DNA of 48,148 bases, counting the filler, from Dimargaris cristalligena (taxonomy: Eukaryota): the NCBI GenBank assembly GCA_003614675.1. It is 2 parts of 2 records of this genome, joined end to end, with 100 filler letters (N's around TTAATTAATTAA, not from the genome) between each part and the next. Parts side by side here need not be neighbours in the genome. Positions count along the whole stretch, not along the records: positions 24,137 to 48,148 come from ML002599.1; 1 more part is not named here. One strand, 5' to 3'. The translations under genes were made by a program, and so were the position numbers. Positions 34,988-48,148 of this stretch are shown piece after piece. Within the stretch, counting starts at the first letter, position 1; each line of letters opens with the position of its first letter. The notes beneath the pieces were generated by a model, which was not told the origin of the DNA, ran no database searches, and was given only the letters and a program-made list of their open reading frames with translations.

Positions 34988-37900
34988 ATTTATGAATTTG
35001 AGACAGCGCACACCTCTTCCCTTGGTCTAGTATCGGGGGGTGGCGCGGCAATAATAGTCTATTTACTTCCATTATTTTTAGCATCTCCCCATCAAAACCA
35101 TTGCAGCCTCCGCTTGAACGCTGACCCGGAGAGGAGAAGAACTGTAGGCTGTATCGGTTGTTCAGTGTATTATTATTTCCCTACCTAGCATATTTGCCCG
35201 ATGCCATGGATAACCAACACCGCAGGCCGAAACAAAGAGTCTGGTTGGTCTGTCGGTGAGTCTTAAACCTATCGGTGACATTCTCTCACTGCTCAATCCC
35301 CCCCTGCGTTATTACTACCATGTTTTAATGCCATCAAATGCACCCCCAGTGCCTCTCTCTGTTCATAGCCTAGCTAAAGTAGACGGTTATCGCAACACCT
35401 CATCTACATGGCAAGGCTAAAATAATCACTTATTAGGCATAGCATAGACCGCTACAACTAACTTACTATCTACTCTACTTACTACCTTGGCAACGGCGGC
35501 CCGCTGAGCTTATCACGATGACAGCCATTGGCCAAATGATATCATTTTGAGAAGTCATATCAGTGGCCAGTTCCCCTGCTGGATGATTCATTGCTTTTGG
35601 GATGGCCCAATAGTTTGCACCGACAGAGGCCTTCCCTCCCCAGATCACCCGGCTATACATCCAAAAAATATATGTATACTCAATGGGCGAGAGGATATAT
35701 GTGCATTATAGTGGGGCTGCCCTCTGTCTACCACCATACCCGCCCTTTGGTATGTTCCTCCATACCAATGGAATACATTCTTACGCCCCTCTCGTGGGTG
35801 GTACCGACAGGTGGTAATACCGTCGATTGGTGTAAGTGGCTGTATCCAGGCCAATATGACCTCCAAGGTTGGACACTGGGTGGGTATATCCTTTCTGCGC
35901 CATTAGCTGGGGCGCACTCATTTTATTTACTTGTCCTTCCTACCTAACACACTCGGCATAGTCAGCTTGTAGAGCAGACTAAACATGCCACCACTTTAGT
36001 CACATGCTAGCCGTCATTGCCCTAATATGGAAATGCACCATCTATTTCGCCAATAGCAGTGAACTAGCCCCATAGTAGGGCTCTGTCCCCTCACCTCCTG
36101 CTCCCCACTACTCTATAATTCACAGTGAAACTAGGTGTAGTATATAACCCATAGTTGCCCAAAAAATGGCCAAGATTCGCAAATCCACCCGATACTAACA
36201 CGTACTCGTTTGCTTATTCCACACCTCTTTTTCGTCAGTTTCATAATTGTCGGTCCTGTATACTGTTGTTAGGGGAAAATTGCATCCAGGTGATGGGCCT
36301 GGTTAGGAAAACGGCGATCGCAATGCGAGATAGCCATTGTAACATTAAAGATTCCCGACCTCTCGTCAAGGATAAGGCAGGCCAAATTGAATTTTCCCAA
36401 TCTGCCAGTTCCTCCTGTGACCCAGTCTTTAATTATACTGCCTCCTTATGTCGGCGGTATAGGGTTTAACCCCCAGGCGTATGTAAAACCGAACATAAAA
36501 CACTATAGCCCCCCCCATCCATCTCTTGTTTTTGTATTATGGACAGGCATGACCCAGCAGCATTGTTGCACCCGCCGCAAAGTTACCAATATTTGACACC
36601 AACAAGCCCCAATAGTTGGGCCTAACACTGTTTTGGCGGCTCTCTGTGGTCGGATTCCCCCAACCGAGCTGGTGTTAGGAATGGCCCAAGGTTGGAGGTT
36701 TATCCTTTACATTATTTCACTTTATTTTGATTTCGATTCGTTTCATAGTCCCAAAGGCGAGCCTGTCCTTCCCAGAATAGACCCTCATTAATCTGAGTAT
36801 TCCCCACTGCAGATTCCATTTAAAGGTTGCAATGAATGGACCTAATTAGCTGTTAAAGCCCATCCAGTCCAAACGAGGGGGGAATAGTAAAGCCCCCCCT
36901 CCGCCAACGACTAAGCCAATGAAATGACCATGGCATGCTCTATCTTTTCCCCTTATTTACACCTCCAGCGGGATCTCAAGCTTAGGTGGGGTGGCTCCAA
37001 ATCTACTACTCTTCTACTGATTCATCGATATATCGATTGGACTATTGGATTCCGAGAAATAGATACCATGGATCGGGGACCCCGCCGTATTAGACCGCCT
37101 CTCCGTCATCAAGCCACTCCGCCAACTGTACACGGAACCAGCCTCAGTTAACTACCGGCACTCGGGCCACCCCAATTCTCTCCCTTTGGCCGATTAATTT
37201 GAATAGCATCATCCCCCGCATTTCCCTTTATCCCCCCCTCTCTTCTCCTGCGTATTCTTGGTCTATAGTGCACAAAGCGCCCCACCAACTATAACTACTA
37301 TACGGACCCGGTCCCCCCATAGTCTTCTCCATTGGTGATAAAGCGAACCGCCCCTTTTGGCACTAATTCCCCTTATATCTAAACCGCGGTGAAGGAGAGG
37401 GGAGGGAGGCTGTATTCACCCTCCCCTCCCACTTTCCTATATGCGATGTGAGTGGTAAATGGCCACCAGTAAAAGTATTAGGGAGTACCAACGGCATTGA
37501 GGATGGCCGGAGGCAGAGTGAAGGACTTAGAAATAGGCGCATATCAATCTAAGCAAGATTGCGTATGGGAGTGGCTAATGTATAGCTCGTCATTAAATTG
37601 AAAAAAAAAGTACTTTAGCTGTGGCGGATTCACTGATGACAGGTCTCAGAGAAAGCCTTCTACTCCATAACTCTGGTATTCAATATATGAATGGACTCTC
37701 TATGGTATACCCTCTCCCCCCTTCTCCCTCGGCTGGTATTACCAATGGTTAGTTAGTAATGCCACCATTACATAGCCTCGCTATTATGCCTTTTCCCCGC
37801 TTTCGCGAGGCTATAAAATCAAAAAATAGGGTTATAGTCAACACTATCGACTAAATGAGCCCTACTAACCCCCCACCTACTTGAAGACAAGCAGTCAAAA

Positions 37901-38175
37901 CCCTAGTATGAGGTTGCTTGAAGGGAGAGGAGGGAAAGGGGGACAACAGTGCTTCGTATAGTCCATTGACCGTCCCACCCATTCCTATAGCTCATCCATT
38001 CGTACCATCCCTTGGTTCCATTCAATTGTTGCGCCATTCCTTTTCTCTCTACCCTAGACATGAGCCGTCATTCCAGTTTGCCCTCTGACTCATTCCGCAT
38101 TTATTAAACTCAGTTCCCGCCTGAACGCTCTCCCCTCGCCTTATTGATTCTCCGCCCTTACTGGACTTCGCCACC

Positions 38176-41100
38176 ATGGACGTTATTCAGGCTGTCCAAG
38201 TGTACATCAACAAAATGGTGACTGAAGTGAGCGGGATGAAAGTTCTGCTCATGGACCAGGACACAGTAAGTCACTTGAATATCCGTGTATTCCGGGGGCC
38301 GATGTATGCAGGCTTAGCCATAGCCAAGTCCACGGGTCCGTGAACTATGTCCAGTACCTTTATCGGCCGCTGGGGCAGGTTCCTGACACCTTAAAGCTGC
38401 TTCTCACCCGCACAACCCAGGGTTCACTTGTTTATTTATCGCGGTGAATACCCCGGTTGGCGTGGCTATGGGTACCAGCGGTTGGTCATTTTAATTAATG
38501 TGCAACATAGCATTGCACTGGGACTCACTTTGAACTGGTGCCTTTAGCGAGCCCCGACTCGCTTGTATACGGGGTTCATGGAACTCCACGGCCAGTTTCT
38601 GGTCATCCGTTTTGCCGCCTGGATACGACGAAACACTTGGTCTGGGTCCTTCCTTCCCTTTTTAATCCCTAGGACTGACTTTATCTCTGCCATCCCCACC
38701 CGAAATGAAGACCTTTTCGCAACCACCCCTGTCAGCTAATCATTGGCCCCGATTCTAACTTTTAAACGCCTCCATTATCCACCCTACCCTCCCCATGTTC
38801 GTCTATTGCTTTACAATGCTCGACCCCTGTTATATCTGTGGCCTCGACCATCGGGTAACCCCACCCTAGACATCGATTACTTCGGCAGTCATGACCCAAT
38901 CGTCTCTTCTGACCAAGGAAACCTTCCTGGTCGACCGCCTGGAGCATGAGAACCGCGATGTGATGATGCATCTGAAGTGCGTCTGCTTTGTCCGGCCGAC
39001 CAAGGAGTCCCTCCAACGGCTCGTGGACGAATTGCGCCACCCCAAGTACCGCGAATACTACCTATATTTTAGTAACCTATTACGCAAGTCGGCTCTGGAA
39101 CAACTGGCCGAGGCCGACGAAAATGAACTGGTCCGGGAAATCCACGAGTATTACGCCGACTACCTGGCTATTAATCCCGACCTATTCAGCTTCCATATGA
39201 AGCCCCACAGCTTCCAACTCTACGGCGAATCCATCAATTCGTGGGGAGCGGCGGCATTAAACCGCACTGTCCAGGGTCTCATCTCGGTGCTACTGTCGTT
39301 GAAACGGAGACCCCTCATTCGGTTTGCGCGGAATAGTGTAATGGCCAAGAAATTGGCCATAGAGCTCAATGTAAGTGCCGAATTAGACTATATTACCGCT
39401 TTTTCACCTACGCATTGCTTCGGCATATCGGCCGGCTGTCGCCCGAAACTTGGCAATACCCCAACCTAATATAGCCCTCTTTCGCACTCGTCTACCGATT
39501 TTTATGCACTTTCCGTAGCATACTCTCCAATCCGAGAGCTCCCTCTTCAACACCCGTCAATCCGATCCCCCGCCCACCCTACTCATCCTTGACCGCCGGA
39601 ATGACCCTGTAACGCCATTGCTTAACCAATGGACCTACCAAGCTATGGTCCATGAGTTGCTAGGGATTGATAACGGCCGCGTGGACCTCTCCCACGTGCC
39701 CGATGTGCGTAAGGACATGAAGGAGGTCATTCTCTCCGTCGACCAAGACGCCTTCTACCGCAAAAGCCTGTACTTCAATTTCGGCGACCTGGGTGAAAGC
39801 ATCAAAAAATACGTGGAGGACTACCAGCGGCAAACCCAATCCAACATCAAAATCGATTCTATTGCCGACATGAAACGCTTTGTGGAGAGCTACCCCGAGT
39901 TCCGCAAGCTGTCGGGCAATGTGACCAAACACGTGACGGTGGTGGGCGAGTTGAGTCGCCTGGTCGACCAGCAGGGACTGTTGGCGCAGAGTGAACTGGA
40001 GCAGAGCCTGGCGTGCAACGAGGCCCACGCCAACGACCTGCAGGCCTTGAAGGATATGCTGATTAACCCGAAAATAACGAACATGGGCAAATTGCGGCTG
40101 GTGTGCTTGTACGCCTTGCGGTACGAACTGTACCCGAATAACTCGACCGAGGAATTGGTGCAGAGTTTGGCCAAATGCGGGGTCGACAGCCGGATCGTTA
40201 AGGTAGGTGTGCAGGGATGGGTAGTATACAGCAACATATGGGTGAAGTTCAGCTCGGTTGTATAGGGTTTTAACTGTTATGCGTATGGGGAAATCGGTGG
40301 TATGTTTATTTTCAACCAGTAGTATTTGCCTTATCAAATGGATTTTTTGTTATACAGCCTTGTTGAATTACTCCCATATTGTCTGGCACTTGATTCCCAA
40401 ATGTACTATATCAACTTTTAGTCCATCCCCAAATGTACTATATCAACTTTTAGTCCATCGTACATGCGGCTCGACCGCTTCCAAAAATTAATCGCCGATT
40501 CACAATGATGTAGTTCGTATTCGCAGCCAACTGACATTGCCTGTCTTATCCACCACTATTAATACCAAGTCTATTCACCTTATCGCTTTTTGTGCATCCC
40601 CTATTGCCATCTCCCTCTCAATCAGGTGGTTCCCGACCTTTTGAAATACGCCGGTAACCGGCAGCGGCAGGGCGACTTATTCCAAAACCGGGATATCTTT
40701 TCCCGGAGTCGCCATGTATTCCGTGGCCTCCAGGGCGTCGAAAACATCTACACTCAGCATACACCTCATCTCAATGAGATTATAGAGTCCCTTTACAAGG
40801 CTAAAAACAAGGACCAGGACTATCCCTTCATCGACGGCGTTTCCCGTGAAAGGTAATGTGAATCATATGCGAGCTATGTAATTGGCAGGTGTTTTTTTAT
40901 TAGGGGACGGAGGGGCGCTGGTTAAAGTATAGGTTATATATAGCTATTAGTATGGTGGTTGGAAACTATACCCATCGCACTTCGCTGGTACCGGGGATTA
41001 ACCACGGATATATTTTTATATTTATATTTCTATTGAACTTGTGATTGGGGTTGGCTACTTGTTGGTATTAATAGGCCCCATGAGGTGATCATCTTCATCG

Positions 41101-41431
41101 TCGGAGGTGCTACCTATGCCGAAGCACGGTTAGTGGCCCAACTAAACAGCAGTAACATGGGCATCCGTTTCCTCCTTGGTGGTACATCGATCCATAACAC
41201 TGAAAGGTAAGTTTGTGCGATTGATCAATTTATTTTATCTTGTTTTATTTCTTAGTCAGTAAGAGAATGCTATATATGTATGATATAAACCAAATCCTGG
41301 GTATAAGTTAGGTGAGATGGGGGCTAATCTTAAATACAAGTATCTTTTGACCTTTTTATATAATGCCGACCGGTAGTTTTGTTGAAGAGCTTGTATACGC
41401 ATTTTCACGCTTTCCAGTGGGTCTGCGCTAA
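38176..41431 (+). CDS. VPS45: Vacuolar protein sorting 45 (Sec1/Munc18 family), ~562 aa. Exons: 38176-38265, 38870-39370, 39519-40202, 40626-40852, 41075-41206, 41377-41431
   Basis: All introns are GT-AG with consistent phases. The spliced product contains MDVIQAV...GMKVLLMD, HLKCVCFVRPT, LLILDRRNDPVTPLLNQWTYQAMVHE, VENIYTQH, RPHEVIIFIVGGATYAEA and LGGTSIHN. Confidence 0.93.
40236..40379 (+). mobile_element. MITE copy 7, full length, inside VPS45 intron 3
   Basis: ATAT-GGGTGAAGTTCAGCTCGGTTGTATA ... TTATACAGCCTTGTTGAATTACTCCC-ATAT. Confidence 0.9.
40396..40459 (+). repeat. Perfect 32-bp tandem duplication in VPS45 intron 3
   Basis: CCCAAATGTACTATATCAACTTTTAGTCCATC x2. Confidence 0.95.
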
Positions 41432-42361
41432 GAATCGAGCCTTTTATTTATTGATTCATATCCAAAATACGATAGGGACCCGATTCGGCTCTTTGCCATG
41501 GTTCACATCATTTCTCTTGGGCAGGTATCCCTTATTAAAAGCCACTTATAGATGGTAGCCACACGGAAAGTCGCATGGTTCTGTAGGATTAATTGGGGGT
41601 AGTATACGCATTCCACCAAGTTAGGAGGATTGCTTATAGTGACTATATATTGAGAGATAGTGTCCATAGTCTCGGTTATCTACTACCTACCAGCTAGAGA
41701 TATACCAGAGCCAATAGTAGCCGTGATCCAAAGTCACGCGGACAAGTTATCTTTTAGTTAATACGTGTACTTTGCGGATTATTGTCCGTATTGGCATGAG
41801 ATACCCTCACCCTAATTGGGCAGTGGATATTAAAGAGGCCAATAAATGTAGAGGGGATGTTGGGTGAGTGTCATTCATTAGTTTAATCACTGATAGTATT
41901 CCGGAGGGTTGATTGGAGAAGGTGATTTGCCTAGTGAGGTATTAAGCGTGGCCCAAGCGATTTAGCTGAGAGGCTTGGGGTTGATGACGATTCTATTTTC
42001 GCCTTCTACGGAACCGTCGATTGGGGTCGCCGGGTTGGAACACCAACAACTCCCAAATTGTGCCCGTAGCACACCAAAACTATAGCCCTAGTAACGGGAT
42101 CACAAGGCTCAGAGATAAGCAAAGCACTCTCTCATATTTATAGTGCCCTAGATCGTAATACATTCCCCCTTTCTCTACCCCATATGTCTTAGGAGTGAAG
42201 GCGGTGGAAACCGTTGATCGGGGAAACCGGAAAGTCCCCCCATGCGTATTTTTCCCCAGTATAGCTCCTACTGGAACTGCGCAGCACGAAAAAGAAACCC
42301 CGGGCCAAGTAAATAACCGGTTGGCCTGGCCTATCGCTAGTGGACAAATGGGTATTGGAAG

Positions 42362-42505
42362 ATATGGGAGAAGTTCAGCCAAGCTGTATAACGAAAAATC
42401 CATTAAATTCGGCCAATATTACTAGTTAAAAATACATTCCCCATGTATTTTCCCATCCACGTATAATGCAAACCCTTATATAGCTGGGCCGAATTTCACC
42501 CATAT
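42362..42505 (-). mobile_element. MITE copy 8, full length, inverted, upstream of CLU1
   Basis: ATAT-GGGAGAAGTTCAGCCAAGCTGTATAA ... TATAGCTGGGCCGAATTTCACCC-ATAT. Confidence 0.9.
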
Positions 42506-42958
42506 AGTTTACGGGGAGTTTTCCGCCTATCCTAAAAAAAGTGAAGTCTTGCCAGCCAAACAACAGTTGGGGAAGGGAGAGAGAAAGGTGCACGCTCCTC
42601 ACTCCCACAGATCTCTCCCCCTCCCGTTGCAAGCTATTAAGTAAGGTGGTGGGTTGTAAATAAATAGCTTGGGCGCCTCCTATACTGCTATTAATGTATT
42701 GCCTTACCCTCTGTGTTCACTAGCTATAGATCCCTTTTGGTCAGTCTAGACTCTACCGACTGCTTCTTTTCCTCACCTATATACCGGCTCCCTTGCTATT
42801 TACCTACTTTACTTATCTGTCTGTACCTTGCAGTTGGCCACTGTCATATCTGCTCTTAATATCCTATTTTTGGAGCGCCCAACGTCTTAGTCGATCGCTC
42901 TCTCCGTCACGGCGCATTCCCTTGACACCCATTTGCCGAGAAACCTCCTTAAGTCACC

Positions 42959-45900
42959 ATGGATCCCTCGACCCAGCCCGAACAGACCGCTGTTCCTACC
43001 CCCGACACCGTCGCGGTCACCTCCCCCGAGGATCAGGAACCCGAACCCACTCCCGGTAAGTTCTCGTACATTGCTATGTTGAAGTGTCCCCCTCCAAGGA
43101 ACGGAGAGGGAGAAGGGGACTCACCTCTCCCCTTCGTTCCAATTACCCCGTCCCAGGCCCGTATAAAGCATGCCCCGATTTAGTAGCACGCCACCCTCCC
43201 CCTCCACCACACCACTACCCGCCCATAGGCCCTTTATTTACTCATTCCATACGGTTTTTACTCGCTTTATATCCGGATCGCAGAGCCCATGCTGGAACTC
43301 TCCGTTAAAATCCCCGGTGGCAAGGCCCTCAATCTCGTGGCCTCGCCGGCTGAAACGGTTGGTGATATCAAGCAGAACGTTATTGAGTCGCCCGAGTCTT
43401 GTATGCATTCGTGCTTCTATCTCCAATTCAACGGAGAGCGTCTGAGTGAATTCGCCGAACTTAACGACATCGAGGGTCTCGTCAGTGGCTCCCAGCTAGT
43501 TATGGTCAGAGGTACGTCTTATCATTATTATTATCCCCTCCCCCTTCCCCGATTTTTTATAGAGCATCGCTCGGATTTGCCCAGCTCGGCTTAGCAGTGG
43601 TTGATACTATCTTGAATTTAGATTTGCGTTTAATTTCACACACGGTACTAACCGGATTTTACCGAATTCAACCACGCCATTCCCTCCAGATCAATACACC
43701 GACCGGGAAGTCCGGGCCCACGTGTGCCGCCTTCGGGACCTTCTGATCGGCCCCTTCAAGCCTTCCGTGTATGATTTCGGCATTGATGCCGGGGCCACCG
43801 TCTTCTCGGCCTTGGACCAATCTGATCCCAACTCTCCCTCGGCTGTCGCCGCTCGCAATGGTACCGCCACCACCAACGGTAACAAGTCCGGTAAACGAGG
43901 CAAGAAAAACAAGGGTAACAAAAAGGCCGCCCGGGGTGGATCCCCCAATCCTAGCTCGAACCCGGCCCCTACTCCGGCCAAGGACGAAGCATCGGCGGCT
44001 GCCCCTGCCACCGAAGAACCAGCAGAGGAGAATGCCGCCCTGCCGGACCCTGTCACTACGGAGAAGCCCAAGCACATTTTCAACGGCCACAATATGGAGA
44101 AACTAATCCCGCTGCAGAGCTTCTTCCCCAAGAACTACCACCGTGACCGCCAGAACCCCCAATGCCTGGCCGGTATCACCGTGTCTGGCTGGAACCCGGT
44201 CCCGCAATTCCGCAAGTTGCAAGGTGATCTGCTCTACCTGAATGTCACGACCTTGGAAGGCCCCACCTACTCCATCACCGGAGCGGTCAGTGGGTTCTTT
44301 GTCAACCAGTCCACCCCGGCCGTGTTCAACCCGGCCCCGCGCACTCAACTGAACCACTACCAAAACCACTCCCTGATCTCGTTATTAACCAACCTGTCGC
44401 CGCGGTTCCAGACCCAATTCAAGCTGCTGCAGAACTTCATTACCTCCAAACCGATGCTGGAAGTGCTGCCCGGTACGGTACCTTATGTGGCCTACCCCTG
44501 GTGCGTCAAGGCCCCTGAAGATGCCGTCACCAAGGAAGGTTCGGAACAGCCCCACACTTTTGATGCCTCCCGGGCCAGTGAAAGCTACCTCAATTACGGG
44601 ATTGAAGCCTCAGACAGCCTCCGGGACTGGAACGACGAACTGCAGACCCACCGGGAACTGCCCCGGTCGAACCTCCAGGAACGCGTACTGCGCGATCGCC
44701 TCATCAACAAGGTGCAGGCCGATTTCGCCGAGGCCGCCGCCAAGGGCGCCATGGCCGTGGTCGAAGGAAACGTGACTCCCCTCAACCCTCTTGACACCCC
44801 CGAAACCCACATGTTCATTTACAACAACATCTTCTTCAGCAAGGGGCTCGATGGGCGTGGCATGTTCGCCGATATCGGGGGGGATGCCGCCGCCCACGTG
44901 GCTACCGGTAAGGACCTGGAAGGGGTCCGTCTGGTGAACAGTATCGACTTGGAAGGGGCCTGTACCTTGGGTACCGTGGTGGTGGACTACCGCGGAACGC
45001 GCGTGGTCGCCCAGAGTATCGTCCCCGGTATTTTCCGCCGCCAGGAAGACTCGTCGCCCGCCTACGGGTCGGTGGACAGCGGGGTGACCGTTAGTGCGGA
45101 CCCCCAATTCCATGAACTAGCGGGCAGTCTGGCCAAGTACCTCCATTTGGCGGAAAACACCGTGGTGGACGCCGAAGGTAAATCTGCTACTTTGTTTGGA
45201 TCCATCGAAACCAAGGGCATTACCGGGGCTGACGGGCGTAAATACCTGCTGGATCTGTTCCGGTTGAACCCCACCGATATCGAATTCCAGGAAGCCGAGT
45301 GTGGTAAGCCCACCACCAACGCCGAGGATGGTCAGGCCACCAAGAAGGAAGCAACCACCGAATCAGCGGATACCCAGTCGTCGCTGCCCGATTATCCCCA
45401 CCATCTGACTCTGCTGCGTCCCGAGCTGGTGGATCTCTACTGGGAACATAAGTCCCGCGAGTTCCAGCGGACCCAGGCCGAAGCCAAGAAGAAGCAGGAG
45501 AAGCCCGAGGGCGAGAATGCCACTGCTGAGACCACCACCAAGACTGAAGGAAAGGAGGAACCGAAGGCGGAGAAGAAGGAGGATACCAAGGAGGCTGCTG
45601 AGGAAACCGCCGGGCCCGAGTTTGAACTCAGCTTCAATCCAGACGTTTTCTGTGCCGTTAAACATCCCGAGACCGAAGCCGGTATTGCCGAGCACCAGAA
45701 GCAGGAGGGTGATGTGCGGGCGCTGTCTCAGTTCCTGCGCAACTTAATTGTTCCCGGGTTGGTCGCCGACCTTATTTCCTACGAAGTGTCGGTGATTGAC
45801 AGCCAGTCTTTGAGCAAGCTGCTCCACCGTCGGGGGGTGAATCTGCGTTATCTCGGTCGCATTGCCCAGCTGATGGACCAGGCCGGTGAGCAGTTCCGCG

Positions 45901-47393
45901 TCACTAAGGTCAAGTCGCTAATCTATCAGGCTATGGTGACGCGTGCCCTCAAGCACATTCTCCGCGACTTGTTGGCCGATCTACCCGCCGTCCAGACCCA
46001 GGCCTGTGTGGCCCACGTGCTGAACTGCCTCTTGGGTGACCACTACAATGCGGCCCCTAAGCCCGAACTTGCCGGAGCTAATCCGGCTACCCCCGCGTTC
46101 GCCACCCTGACCCCCGCCTCCCTTCGCTCCCTGATTCAATCCGAAATTGCCGCCCGCTTCCGCTACGAGCTTCCCGCCAGTGCTTTGGAATTCGATAGTG
46201 CCAACCGTATTGCATGCCTTCGCGACCTCTGTTTAGCCGCAGGACTGCAGATTGCCATCCGCCAGTATCACTTCGAACCGGTCCTCACTTCGGAGCGCCC
46301 CACGACGTTCCTGGCCCAGGATATCCTCAATTTGGTGCCCCGGGTTAAGGACGCCAGCGCGCGGAGCCTGTTCGCCGAGCAAACTTTTGAAGCCGGCCGA
46401 CTGAGCCTGGCCCAAGGCCAACGTCAGTTGGGGGTGGAACTGTTGATGGAGTCCCTGGCTCTGCACGAACAGACCTATGGTTTCCTTCATCCCGAAACCG
46501 GGCGCTGTTACGCGGCCTTGGCTATGATTTACCACCACCTCGGCGAGAAGGAAATGGCGCAGGACTTCCAGAAGAAGGCCATCATTATTTCGGAACGCAC
46601 CTGCGGTCTCGATGATCCCGACACGATCCACAACTACTTGAACCTGGGGCTCTACGAACACGGGTTGGGCAACACCAATGCCGCCCTAGCCTGCCTCAAA
46701 CACGCCATGGGCTACTGGCAGTTGCTGAACGGCACGGGTCACCCCGACCTGGCCACCGTGGACAACAACGTTGCCGTGATTCTGCAGTCCCTCCAAGACT
46801 TCCCCCTGAGTTGCCGTTTCTTCGAACGCGCCCAGCAGACCCACGAAAAAATCCTGGGACCCGACCATACGCTGACCGCTACGAGCAACCACGTATTGGC
46901 CAAGGCCTACGCCCTGTGCGGCGATTTCAAGAAGGCCCTCCAAATCGAAAAGAACGCCTTCCGGGTGTTCCAGACCGTGTTGGGCGATGAAGATCCCAAG
47001 ACCAAGGAAAGTAACGAATGGCTGCAGGAACTTACCGCCGGCGCCGTCATGACCGCTAAAATGGCCCTCAGCCAGCGGTTGGCTAAACAGCAGCAGCGCG
47101 CCGCTGCGGCCGCACTTAAAGCGACCGGGGGCAGTAACCGTCACCAACACGCAACGTCCGCCGGGTCGGGCCTGTCGTCCCAGCTGGTGTTTACGAACGA
47201 TACCGCGGATAGCTTGTATAACTTGAAGCCGACCGGGGTGACAGGATCCAAGGGTCACTTGCCCATCGACCAACTCATGTCGTATATTATGGGCGGTCCG
47301 GGGTCGACGGAATCGGGTAGTGCGGGAGGTAATGATGGTGCGGGTAAGAATAAGTCTAAACGTCGGGGTCAGGCTGCCTGGGCCTCTTCTTAA
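42959..47393 (+). CDS. CLU1: Clustered mitochondria protein CLU1/TIF31, ~1342 aa. Exons: 42959-43055, 43284-43511, 43690-47393
   Basis: Phase-consistent GT-AG introns. CLU-domain motifs SGWNPVP..RKLQGDLLYL, RDWNDELQ, AQSIVPGI, KGITGADGRKYLLDL and LHRRGVNLRYLG, followed by C-terminal TPR-like repeats. Confidence 0.95.
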
Positions 47394-48148
47394 GCATGTT
47401 GGTTGATGCGCTTCGAGGGTTGGTTTTTGTTCGCGGGTTTTATTCACCTCACTCTGTCACTCACACACTCTCTTGCTACTAATTTAGATCAGTTCGATAA
47501 ATACTGGGTAAAGCGGTGAGGGGTGGAGAAGCATTTATCCGCTTCTATGATTTAAGTTGAATTGCCCTCCTTCCGCGCCCATTATAGAAAAACGCTGATG
47601 TGTTCCTCTCTTTAGTGTATCTAGCGTATTTAATCTTGTCTTTGCTTAGCGCACTTTTAAAATTTGGTTATCGGGCTATTATGTTTTATTCCTCTTATAT
47701 ACAATTCTACCCCCTCCCCCATCTCCTTATCCTCACTCTTTCCACTACCTTATATCACATTTTATTATTTTCAGACGTGGCGGGATTCATGGATACCTCC
47801 GCTCAATAAATCGGTATTCTTTACCAATGCTAGATATATATGATAGGTCTGTAAACTTAGGGCTGACTTTAGATTGATTTCGTAATTTGACGTTACTGGT
47901 CACCAATACTTTACGGATGAATCTATATTTTTGCATAGCTGGTTGATAGTTACCCCGTTGCATAACTATTCATCTAGCCTGATCGCCATCGATCAAACCG
48001 GGGGGCATACTTTATTAGCCAGAGGTTTAGCCAAATTATAAGTATGGGCAACGTTTCCAGACGTCCACATACAAACAAATAAACGATATTTATTGTCGTA
48101 GGCTAAATTCCACAATATGCTAAATGGCTACGCTTCGGACAAGTTTAC

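Noticed and set aside
36870-37430. Short hairpins and palindromes (G-run/C-run stems, ATCGATATATCGAT)
   Set aside because: Stems of 7-9 bp in low-complexity sequence are expected by chance.
39660-47447. Long antisense ORFs such as 39660-40337 and 46686-47447
   Set aside because: Shadows of GC3-rich VPS45 and CLU1 coding sequence.

Overview
Eukaryotic, fungal-type genomic DNA with GT-AG introns and pyrimidine-rich leaders; an early-diverging fungus is plausible but this is inference. Five protein-coding genes are supported: an intronless Ran1/Pat1-family Ser/Thr kinase (20298-22154, +), a predicted secreted protein of unknown family (27284-28504, -), a Pho85-type (Pcl-like) cyclin (32769-33374, -), a six-exon VPS45 (38176-41431, +) and a three-exon CLU1/TIF31 (42959-47393, +). 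The first ~19 kb has no credible gene. Eight copies of a ~136-bp non-autonomous TIR element (MITE; GGG...CCC ends, 4-bp ATAT/ATTT target duplication) are scattered through the window. There is also a decayed, strongly CpG-depleted DIRS-type retrotransposon next to a 100-bp assembly gap, fainter hAT and DIRS fossils, and some tandem repeats. The most interesting points are the MITE family, the mutational signature on the DIRS relic, a possible spliced uORF whose stop overlaps the kinase start (TAATG), and the orphan secreted protein. Most short ORFs in the supplied track look spurious.
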